A stretch of 64,000 bases of DNA, from contig OZ241883.1 in assembly GCA_965203445.1 (NCBI GenBank), positions 1,184,001-1,248,000 on the forward strand, written 5' to 3'. The DNA is from Candidatus Oxydemutator sp. Lineage in GTDB: Bacteria > Pseudomonadota > Gammaproteobacteria > Poriferisulfidales > Oxydemutatoraceae. Below, piece after piece: positions 8,101-15,029 of the stretch. The translations under genes and the position numbers were made by a program. The notes beneath the pieces are model-generated. The model was given only the letters and a program-made list of their open reading frames with translations, was not told where the DNA came from and ran no database searches. Position 1 is the stretch's first letter. Every line of letters begins with the position of its first letter.

Positions 8101-10957
8101 CTATCGGAACGGTGATGCAACTGGTGCGCGTCGCGTCGCCGAACTCGAGGGTGGCCGTGGTCTCGGTATAGTCCGCGGGCGCGGTGGCCTCGGCCGGATT
8201 TGTATTCTGCGTGTACGCCTCGACCGCAAACACCCGCTCCATGCGGCTCGAGGTGGACGCCAAACCGGCGTTTCTATTGATGTCCATTATCTCCAGACAC
8301 GCCATCCGGGAAGCGGAGCTCTCGGACACTTCGTACGTGTCGCTCACCCACTGCAACCCGATCACCTCGTCGTCCTGAATCGTCACCGTCGCCGTCTGCA
8401 CCGTCGCCAAGTCGCCGCGGCTGACCAGGCGCAATGAGAAACTCTCGTGTTCCTCCGGAATCTGGTCGCCCCGGATCACCACGCTGACGCGCGCCGTAAC
8501 CGGCCCGGCGGCGCGCAACGTGACCGCGTGCGACATAGTGCCGTAGTCGCCGGGCGCCACGGCGGTGCCGTCCACCGTGACCACCGTGGCCGACGCCGCA
8601 AAGCCGGCCGTCTGGCGCACGCCAGGGGCAAGACCGATAGTGAAGTGCAGCGTGGTGCCGCCGGCGTGACCTTCCGACACGCTGGTGGCGGTGGCGCCTT
8701 CAAAAACCACCGGCGGGCCCGTCAACTCAGAGACCGCCACCGCGCCGCGCTGCCGCGCTGCGGAAAAGCCGCCGTATTGCAGCGCCGGGTACTGCCCCGA
8801 AGTGCCGAAGTCCCACGGATCGTCGTTGCCGTTCACGCCGGTCTCGGTGCTGCCGTCCACGTCTATATTCCAGTTCGCGTAGATGCCGCCGTAGGTCGTC
8901 GGCGTCTGCAACGACGCGGTGTCGGTGCCAATCGCGCCGCTGCCGGCGCTTTCGGCCAAGCCGCTGGCCTCGGTATCCCAGTAGGAGTCTTTATAGTTGT
9001 CGCCGCCGGACACAGTCTCACTCTGCCCGACCAGACCGCCCACCATAGCCGTGCCGGTGACTGCGCCCGCCGCGTAACTGGCTATGATCTTTTCCGCACC
9101 CGTCGCGTTGTTCTTTCCCACCAGACCGCCCGCCGACGAACCACCGCGAACGCGAACCCGCGCGTAGCTGGCTTTGATCCTCACGCTACCCGAATTTTCC
9201 AGGGCACCCACCAGACCACCCACCTCCGACGTGCCGGATACCGTGCCTCCCACCACGTAACTCGTCACTACCGTTCCAGTGCTGATGCTCCCCGTCAGCG
9301 CGCCAACCTGATTGCGCCCGCTTACGTCCGCGTCCACGATGCCGACGTTTCTTATGGCCGGCGTCTCTTCCGCAGTGTGATCGTCACTGTTCTTGAAACC
9401 AAAGTAACCGAACAGACCGACGTGATCCTCGGTCGGGCGATTGATGAACAGGTTTTCGACAACGTGGCCTTGGCCGTCGAAATCGGCGACAAAATTGTCG
9501 CTTTCAGTGCCTATCGGCCGCCAGCCCTCGGTGCTGCTGCTGCGGCTCCAACGCGAAGCGCCCAAATCTATATCGGCATCCAGTGCGTAGCCGGTGCAGT
9601 TCGGGGCACAAGCCACGCTCGGAAACGCCGCGCGCCAGGAGGCGCTGCTGGCCTCGGCGGGCACGCCGTCGCCGTCCAGATCCCAGCGCATCGCGTGCAA
9701 CTGCGCGGGTGTGCGCACGGCTATCAACGTCGGAGCGTCGTCGTCCGCTATCGTCACCGTGAGCGTGTTCGAGTCGGTGTTTATAACCACCCCCTCGAGA
9801 GCAGACGCAAAACCTAAATTCACGGTGAACGTCTCCGTACTCTCGACGGCGTTGTCATTGATCAAAGCCACGTTGCGACACACTCTGCGATTGCTGCCGA
9901 CGCCAAAGGGGCCTATCGTCGGCGACGACGGCGGCGTGTAGTCGGAACCCGCCGACGCGCTGCCGTCCGTCGTGCGCAGCGACAGCGAAAAAGCGGGGCC
10001 GCGCTCTATCATGGCCGGCGCCGAAATCTCGACGCATACGGTGGCCGACGAAGAGGCGCCCTCGACCACCGCCACCTCGGTGCTTGCAAAGCCGAGGATT
10101 ATCGGATCATCGTCCGTTATCGTCACCTCGGCCTGGTCGTCGCCGAGGAGTGCCCTGGAAGGCCTGTCCAGATTGAGAAACATGCTCTCTTCATTCTCGG
10201 CCACGTCGTCATCGGTGGCCTCGAACCCGAAGCAGACGCTGCGCGTGCCGCTGGCGAACGTGAGGCGCCCCGTCTCTGCGGAGAAGTCGCCGCTGCCGGC
10301 GGAGCCCGCGTTGGATAACACTTCCACCGAAAACTCCCGTTCCACGGGAGTCGCGGCCGTCGGCATCGTCACCACGGCGCATATGGAAAGCGTGGTGCCC
10401 TCGGCCAAGGCATACGACGTGTTCTCGAGACCGACCGTAACTTCATCATCGTCCGTTATCGTCACCGTCGCCGTCTGTATCGTCGCCAAGTCGCCGCGGC
10501 TGACCAGGCGCAATGAGAAACTCTCGTGTTCCTCCGGAATCTGGTCGCCCCGAATCACCACGCTGACGCGCGCCGTAACCGGCCCGGCGGCGCGCAACGT
10601 GACCGCGTGCGACATAGTGCCGTAGTCGCCGGGCGCCACGGCGGTGCCGTCCACCGTGACCACCGTGGCCGAGGCCGCAAAGCCGGCCGTCTGGCGCACG
10701 CCGGGGGCAAGACCGATAGTGAAGTGCAACGTCGTGTTGCCGGCGTTGCCTTCCGACACGCTGGTGGCGGTGGCGCCTTCAAAAACCACCGATGGGGTGG
10801 TTTGCGCGAAAGACGGGCCGGCGACGCCGAGCGTTCCCGCGACGACCAGCAACGTGACAAGGCGTACGACGAAGCGCCGCGCGCCGGCAGAATCGTTGCA
10901 CACCGCAACTCTCTTGATCATCGAATACATATAGGAACAATCGAAGAACATCGGCAA
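2153..10957 (-). CDS. Giant surface adhesin-like protein: Calx-beta domains, three GLUG-motif modules, choice-of-anchor-like domain, GlyGly-CTERM-like tail
   Basis: 2,934-aa ORF with an N-terminal signal-like segment, repeated T.DGSA...DY / E..E.F / TVTI.DDD Calx-beta motifs and VGGLVG repeats. It ends GGGSFGLAGALALLLLASAALLQRRRTRR. The true start may be ATG 10921. Confidence 0.88.
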   Translation of the reverse strand: MPMFFDCSYMYSMIKRVAVCNDSAGARRFVVRLVTLLVVAGTLGVAGPSFAQTTPSVVFEGATATSVSEGNAGNTTLHFTIGLAPGVRQTAGFAASATVVTVDGTAVAPGDYGTMSHAVTLRAAGPVTARVSVVIRGDQIPEEHESFSLRLVSRGDLATIQTATVTITDDDEVTVGLENTSYALAEGTTLSICAVVTMPTAATPVEREFSVEVLSNAGSAGSGDFSAETGRLTFASGTRSVCFGFEATDDDVAENEESMFLNLDRPSRALLGDDQAEVTITDDDPIILGFASTEVAVVEGASSSATVCVEISAPAMIERGPAFSLSLRTTDGSASAGSDYTPPSSPTIGPFGVGSNRRVCRNVALINDNAVESTETFTVNLGFASALEGVVINTDSNTLTVTIADDDAPTLIAVRTPAQLHAMRWDLDGDGVPAEASSASWRAAFPSVACAPNCTGYALDADIDLGASRWSRSSSTEGWRPIGTESDNFVADFDGQGHVVENLFINRPTEDHVGLFGYFGFKNSDDHTAEETPAIRNVGIVDADVSGRNQVGALTGSISTGTVVTSYVVGGTVSGTSEVGGLVGALENSGSVRIKASYARVRVRGGSSAGGLVGKNNATGAEKIIASYAAGAVTGTAMVGGLVGQSETVSGGDNYKDSYWDTEASGLAESAGSGAIGTDTASLQTPTTYGGIYANWNIDVDGSTETGVNGNDDPWDFGTSGQYPALQYGGFSAARQRGAVAVSELTGPPVVFEGATATSVSEGHAGGTTLHFTIGLAPGVRQTAGFAASATVVTVDGTAVAPGDYGTMSHAVTLRAAGPVTARVSVVIRGDQIPEEHESFSLRLVSRGDLATVQTATVTIQDDEVIGLQWVSDTYEVSESSASRMACLEIMDINRNAGLASTSSRMERVFAVEAYTQNTNPAEATAPADYTETTATLEFGDATRTSCITVPIVNDRVQENNEAFTVNFRDLPRAVEKGTVQQTQVIIRDDDVVSFGFERSSLRLREGEPVTACVVSDIGFTSPLFVAQLTVADGSAEHPGDYDRGGSGIRSITVQPDPVRGRTCTSVPTVDDAVVESDETFTISSTLQFAAASNTLTVTIEDNDAPTLIAVRTPAQLHAMRWDLDGDGVPAEASSASWRAAFPDAGCAPNCVGYALDADIDLGASRWSRSSSTEGWRPIGTESDNFVADFDGQGHVVENLFINRPTEDHVGLFGYFGFKNSDDHTAEETPAIRNVGIVDADVSGRNQVGALTGSISTGTVVTSYVVGGTVSGTSEVGGLVGALENSGSVRIKASYARVRVRGGSSAGGLVGKNNATGAEKIIASYAAGAVTGTAMVGGLVGQSETVSGGDNYKDSYWDTEASGLAESAGTGAIGTDTASLQTPTTYSGIYANWNIDVDGSTETGVGGNDDPWDFGTSMQYPVLQASSFSVARQRGAVPVELTGPPVVFSSSMYSAVESSGAVVTVTVRLSDEALRISDFSVTGMVTALDDGTTLLMNFRGDTFFYYDLSTSPVVFSLNASSATRADVTISIVDDVIPEEAKTIPLQLVSAGYSESTQMATATIEDDDPVVIGFQRASYSTEEDSGGFSACVVPTTPLSTQPLDRRFSLRVSTRPGTAGTNDYVSINQQDVGPFSNRTRRQCFAIDITDDAIREDAESFFLDLTAPPGQTLERVTINPAVAEVAIGEDDEITIGFEQTTLTVTEGVDLSASVCVAITDPSTDGLIERSDFSLALRMADGSAVAGDDYVSSATVIGPFGSSVNSTCSSVALIDDDVVEGAETFTVNLGFVSEASAPERVTINPNKSALMVTIVDDATLIAVRTPAQLHAMRWDLDGDGAPAEASSASWRAAFADAGCAPNCTGYALVADVDLGASRWSRSSSTEGWQPIGTESDNFVADFDGQGHVIENLFIHRPTEDHVGLFGYFGFRNSDDHTAEETPAIRNVGIVDADVSGRNQVGALTGSISTGTVVTSYVAGGSVAGTSEVGGLVGALGNSGGVRIKASYARVRVRGGSSAGGLVGKNNATGAEKIIASYAAGAVTGTAMVGGLVGQSETVSGGDNYKDSYWDTEASGQAESAGSGAIGTDTASLQTPTTYGGIYANWNIDVDGSTMTGVNGNDDPWDFGTSGQYPALQYGGFSVERQRGMVSPPPGVVSDTEPPQFLFGEDAPAFAPGSSRLWLPLSEEVKVLSERENARNSTASVSLGAGTEFEGFVVILNLQSRVDPCADNSAAMTIGVMRAYYDDARAVVLELARPLARTEDNVWVGYCYRSGRENPGIYDLALERGEAAPDGGRNLLRSAIGRMTRDARRDRDGDGIADALETRLGSNPLSAEGVPDDVPTVTLARGVAATAHVAYSGVRANGALEHLGVMVTPTATRLRAYYLSNTFGYSSGGETATYGCDGNFPSNYDAPLSEGGCATVDFGNMRAGVDHVIGWFAPNEAGYRFTTATASGLPQQSVRRVVELNMASQRLYTRGKGGGVAVEAMQDGAAATGARLHLMVTTETGTGMERVALLTTSGRIVVASAEEASRYEIIGADTGDETPQLLWRPSDGLSELTADKYSLGLVTGTRVSLLPQAELLLGPAELTRNGEARTDLRVGESGYSLRIAARAPADGTAKVVDVKAASTATGALGTNWYATTGYVVTVPFGIAADATTATLVLQVTLSSGGSSVESEYGWPILSATDDDGDGIENAVDNFGGGTVLPVIVTGTMAGADGSHHMRPVLPLHRLRIGESARTRVSERAMAGLALGYSDYAASSLENPSYDVIYDYGVIYDFEVHGVDVAAISTDGDLTGGAAGVIIPLPANLYREAGMVPVKLPSEDPFDTSGANDYGFAPLDDGGACPPDAGDRYRKAGDGIIEKQAHDACLVIYVVDGGPNDEDGTVNGIVDDPLGLVDAVDAPLPPSGGGSFGLAGALALLLLASAALLQRRRTRR
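4530..9745 (-). repeat. Three near-identical ~1-kb intragenic modules (about 4530-5520, 6650-7650, 8740-9745)
   Basis: TLIAVRTPAQLHAMRWDLDGDG...DPWDFGTS.QYP occurs three times with near-identical DNA. A Calx-beta unit is also duplicated (about 8375-8715 and 10450-10795). Confidence 0.92.
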
Positions 10958-11049
10958 AGGCTTCGTTCTTTGTAGATTTCAGGCATGTGGCTCCCTTGAT
11001 ATTACCATAGGCGACACTTCGGGCACGCCCGTGGGGGTGTCCCCTTGCC

Positions 11050-12123
11050 TTGGGGTGCCATCGGGCGAGAGGGCAACAAAACGGGAATTGGGTTTCGATG
11101 CCGCAAAGCGGGCGCAATTTACCGCTCGTCGAGATGCTTTTGACAACTATGCGCAATGTGGGCATAGTAAGCGGCACACCGCTTCTTCCCCAAGTGAATA
11201 ACAAAAATCCACTTGTCAACGGCAGGGGTCGAAAGAAACCGCCGCCACCGATTGCAAGGCTTGCCCGAAAAAAGAAGCTGATTCCATTCGGATGGTACGG
11301 TGGCAAGTTCTCGCACCTGGATTGGCTGTCGCCGCTGTTGTCGCAGTGCCATCATTACTGCGAACCGTTTGGAGGCTCCGCCGCCTTACTGCTGAATCGC
11401 GCGCCCGCCCCCGTGGAAACATACAACGATCTCGACGGCGAAGTTTGCAATTTCTTCCGCGTGCTTCGGGACGAATCCCAAGAATTGATTCGGCTGATCG
11501 GGCTGACTCCCTTTTCGCGCGAGGAATTCGGGATTGCCTGCACACTCGACCCGGACGCCTCTCCGGTAGAGCGGGCGCGAAGGTTTTACGTCAGGGCGAG
11601 ACAGGTGCGCACGGGTCTGGCGCAGACCGCCTCGATGGGCCGATGGGCAAATTGCAAAAATACGACCAGGGCCGGGATGAGCGGCGTTGTCAGTCGCTGG
11701 CTGGGAGGCGTGCAGGCATTGCCCGAAATTGCGGAACGTCTGCTGCGCGTCCAAATCGAGAATCGCCCGGCCGTTGACGTGATCAATTTATACGACGCCC
11801 CCGATACATTGTTCTACTGCGACCCGCCCTACGTACACCAGACTCGCGGCGATGCAAAGGCATACGGCTTCGAGATGACCGACGAACAGCACGAGGAACT
11901 TGCCGACGTGCTCAATTCCGTGCGCGGGATGGTCGCGTTTTCCAATTACGATTGCCGTTTGCTGAACCGGCTCTATCCGAAAAGTCGCTGGTTCAAGCAC
12001 GTTTCCCCGCCAAGAACCAACCACGCGACAAAAGGCAAGCGGATCGAGGTGCTGTGGACGAATTACGATTTGCGAAAAAGTCTTTCCCGACGGGAGAAAC
12101 AGGAAAAGCTGGAGCTGGCCTGA
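11050..12123 (+). CDS. N6-adenine DNA methyltransferase, Dam/D12 class
   Basis: Motifs WYGGK, YCEPFGGSA and YCDPPY. The real start is probably downstream of 11050. Confidence 0.9.
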   Translation: MGCHRARGQQNGNWVSMPQSGRNLPLVEMLLTTMRNVGIVSGTPLLPQVNNKNPLVNGRGRKKPPPPIARLARKKKLIPFGWYGGKFSHLDWLSPLLSQCHHYCEPFGGSAALLLNRAPAPVETYNDLDGEVCNFFRVLRDESQELIRLIGLTPFSREEFGIACTLDPDASPVERARRFYVRARQVRTGLAQTASMGRWANCKNTTRAGMSGVVSRWLGGVQALPEIAERLLRVQIENRPAVDVINLYDAPDTLFYCDPPYVHQTRGDAKAYGFEMTDEQHEELADVLNSVRGMVAFSNYDCRLLNRLYPKSRWFKHVSPPRTNHATKGKRIEVLWTNYDLRKSLSRREKQEKLELA

Positions 12124-13247
12124 TGGCGGAGACGCCGTCTCAGGTACTTGAGCGCCTCTACAACAGGGTCGCAAGCGATCCGGATACGCCTCTCGTCAGA
12201 AGCGCGGCCATATTGAAAAGAATCGAATCCATAGTCCGATGCATGGAGAATCGGGCGAGCGTTCGCCTTCTTATGGCGTGCATGACGGGGAAAATTGACC
12301 GCCCGCAAATTGACCCTCGTCAGCCATACACGGAAATCGGGGGCAATTCATCATTTTCCGGGCGCGCGTATGATGAGCGATACATCACTCAGTTCATCAA
12401 CGACAACAAACTCCCCTGCAATTCCACGACTGCGTTTTTAACCCCCGCTTTGAGAAATATTGATCGTCCGTTGACGACCGATGTGGCCATCGTCGGACGC
12501 CCGGCACAAGTGTATCGTGACACGCTTCAAATACTTGACGACGTTGCGCACGGCCGGGCAACGGCGGAGGACGTTCTTGCGGACACGATACGGTTGCTCT
12601 GCATCGTCCGAGATGAGAAAGCGAGGCGAATGGATGCTCTGCTTGCGAGAGGTGAAAAGATCAAAGGCGACCTGCCTTTGTCTTCAGAGGCAATCGTGAC
12701 CTTGATTGAACAACATCTGGCTTGCAAAAACGCAAGCCGGCTGCCCGTGTTGATAGTGGCCGCCGCGTATCAGATGGCAAGACATAAAATTGGTGAGACC
12801 GCGAAGGAATTGCTCTCCCACAATGCGGCCGACGAGCAAACGGGTGCGTTCGGGGACGTGGAGGTATGCCTGACGAGCGAGGACAAAGTCGTCACCAGCT
12901 ACGAAATGAAAATGAAACGGGTGGCCGTTCACGACATAGATCGCGCGGCCGCAAAGATCGCCTCATACGCCTCCCAAATTGACAACTATGTTTTTATAAC
13001 GACCGATGCGATTGATCCGGAAGTGCATGAGTATGCCCGATCCATGTATGAGCGGTTGGGGGTGGAGGTCGCCGTGCTCGATTGCATTAGCTTCCTGCGC
13101 CACTTCCTGCATTTCTTTCACCGGATCAGGATCGAGTTTCTCGATGCTTATCAGGCTCTGGTTCTTGCCGAACCGGACAGTGCGGTCAAACCGCCGCTCA
13201 AGGAAGTATTCTTGTCGCTGCGCCAAGCTGCCGAATACGACGATTAA
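12123..13247 (+). CDS. Putative type II restriction endonuclease (SacI-like PD-(D/E)xK)
   Basis: The ATG overlaps the MTase stop (TGATG). Motif GDVEV...YEMK. Family assignment is from recall only. Confidence 0.65.
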   Translation: MAETPSQVLERLYNRVASDPDTPLVRSAAILKRIESIVRCMENRASVRLLMACMTGKIDRPQIDPRQPYTEIGGNSSFSGRAYDERYITQFINDNKLPCNSTTAFLTPALRNIDRPLTTDVAIVGRPAQVYRDTLQILDDVAHGRATAEDVLADTIRLLCIVRDEKARRMDALLARGEKIKGDLPLSSEAIVTLIEQHLACKNASRLPVLIVAAAYQMARHKIGETAKELLSHNAADEQTGAFGDVEVCLTSEDKVVTSYEMKMKRVAVHDIDRAAAKIASYASQIDNYVFITTDAIDPEVHEYARSMYERLGVEVAVLDCISFLRHFLHFFHRIRIEFLDAYQALVLAEPDSAVKPPLKEVFLSLRQAAEYDD

Positions 13248-13373
13248 CGCTGGTCAGGGAAGCGAAGGTCACAGATGGTACGAAGGAAACGACAGATGTG
13301 GAGAGGCTGAATCCGTGCAATCCTTTGATCCGCGCCAAGTCGTGCTTCGGACAAGGAAACTGGAGGAGATACG

Positions 13374-13460
13374 ATGAGTAATCAACAAAATGAGCAGAGA
13401 AGGGCTGCCAGAACGGGAGGGTTTTCAAACAGTACCCACATCGTTCATGTCGCCGACTGA
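13374..13460 (+). pseudogene. 5' stub of a gene truncated by the IS3 element
   Basis: GGAGGAG RBS and ATG at 13374. After 28 codons the in-frame TGA is the first triplet of the IS end. Confidence 0.45.
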
Positions 13461-13496
13461 ACTGCCCCGACTTTTCCGGAGACTGGTTTATGAGAG

Positions 13497-14140
13497 TCAG
13501 GCTGCAACAGCCGACTCCTTCTCTCGGCAATAATACATTGCCTCCCACTCCGCCGGCGGGCGGTAGCCTATCGAACTCAACAAACGACGATTGTTGTACC
13601 AGTCCACCCATTTCAGCGTCTCGCATTCCAGCGACGACTTCCCGTTCCACGCACCCTGGCGCCGGATCAACACATACGTTGCGTCCGCCACCCACAACTG
13701 GTTCGGACGCGGCGCCTGAAAGTTGCGCTTCACCTCATCCGGGTACTTAGAGCCCTGCGCCGCGGCGCTGTCCGTCGTTTGCCACCGGCGCCCGCGAACC
13801 ACGCCCTGCATACCCGCCCTTCTCATCAAACGCTCCACCGTGCAGCGCGCCGCCGCTATCTCTTCACGCTCCAACTGGTGCCACACCTTGCGCGCACCAT
13901 ACGTCTCATGGCTCTCTTCCCATATGCGCGCTATCTCCATAGACAGCGCCGCGTCCGTGTGCCAGCGGCGACAGCGCAGACGCGGATCCCGCTCCTGCGC
14001 CTTGTGCGCATAGTAGGTGGATGGGGCTATCGGCAATACCTTGCACATAGGCTCGACCCCATACGCTTCCTTGTTCTCGTCTATGAAACGCACCATCACT
14101 TCGCTTCGCGGTCGAGCTCCGCCTGGGCAAAAAAAGCCGT
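13497..14140 (-). pseudogene. IS3 OrfB transposase lacking most of the DDE core
   Basis: YGARKVWHQL and WVADATYV jump directly to LIRRQGAW...WYNNRRL, with the junction near 13670. A T7 slippery run lies near 14128-14134. Confidence 0.85.
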
Positions 14141-14416
14141 CGCCTTGCGCAGAATCTCGTTCGTGCGACGCAACGCAGCATTCTCCCTTTGCAGTCTCTT
14201 GCACTCCTGGGCTCGCTGCTCGTTGCTCATGCCCGGCGTCGCCGCCGCCTGCTCCGCTCGACGTACCCACCTGCGCAGTGTCTCCGAACCGCAGCCGAAC
14301 ATAGCGGCCACCGATTCGATGGCTTTCCATTGCGATGGATGCTCCTGTTGGTTCTCAAGAACCATCCGGACGGCGCGTTCACGCACCTCCGGCGTATATC
14401 GGTTAAGGTGTTTCAT
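14096..14416 (-). CDS. IS3 OrfA transposase (HTH)
   Basis: RYTPEVRERAVRMV...ETLRRWVR...EILRKATAFFAQAELDR. Confidence 0.9.
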   Translation of the reverse strand: MKHLNRYTPEVRERAVRMVLENQQEHPSQWKAIESVAAMFGCGSETLRRWVRRAEQAAATPGMSNEQRAQECKRLQRENAALRRTNEILRKATAFFAQAELDREAK

Positions 14417-14509
14417 ACCCCTATTCTCCCTCATTTAGAGGTCTCCGAAAAACACGGGGCGATTCACAGAGGGAGAGGGTAGATGGGGCGGCATATTCAC
14501 CTTAGCACT

Positions 14510-14656
14510 TCAAATGAGACGCCAAGTTTCAATCAATACATGGTCACTTGTGACAAGTGGCTCGTTCGTTGCCAAAAGATTCTTCGCGCGGTTATTTTGG
14601 CGATCACCTCGATCAGCGGCGGCATACCAGACCGAGCTGTCCACAAAGATACTCAT
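14510..14656 (-). pseudogene. Truncated VapC/PIN toxin (48 aa)
   Basis: Hand translation gives MSIFVDSSVWYAAADRGDRQNNRAKNLLATNEPLVTSDHVLIETWRLI*. It has an ATGA overlap with the upstream antitoxin. Confidence 0.75.
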
Positions 14657-14916
14657 CGTGGATCGGAGCGATGACGCTTCTCTGCGCCGGTTGCTGCTCC
14701 GATCATCTGATCTTTTTGCGATGCGACGTCGGCACCGTTCGACGTGCCGAGATCAAAGACGATGGAACGGTCGCAGCTCCGTGGGGGTGTCCCGGCCAAA
14801 TCCTGATCTACGAGCCGGCGCATGTACTCGGCAATGGAAATACCAAGAGCGGCCGCACGCGCCCGGACTTTCGTATGCAACTCCGAATTGAGGGATATTT
14901 GAGTGCGAACCACCAT
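14653..14916 (-). CDS. Ribbon-helix-helix antitoxin (VapB/CopG-like)
   Basis: RTQISL...RARAAALGISIAEYMRRLVDQDL, directly upstream of the PIN fragment. Confidence 0.75.
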   Translation of the reverse strand: MVVRTQISLNSELHTKVRARAAALGISIAEYMRRLVDQDLAGTPPRSCDRSIVFDLGTSNGADVASQKDQMIGAATGAEKRHRSDPR

Positions 14917-15029
14917 TATGGCGCTACTATACCACCACCAACATTGATGGCGCCAACACGGGATACGCTTAATTTTATCAGGGTTGCATGAAACTGGCGT
15001 ATATAATTCGCGGTCGGCACGATGAGCAG

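Larger units (their letters stand above)
13458..14466 (-). mobile_element. IS3-family insertion sequence (IS629/IS51-like), internally deleted, 1,009 bp
   Basis: Imperfect IRs tgaactgccccgacttttccggagact (13458) and gtctccgaaaaacacggggcgattca (ending 14466), with TG...CA ends and orfA/orfB. No target duplication. Confidence 0.9.
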
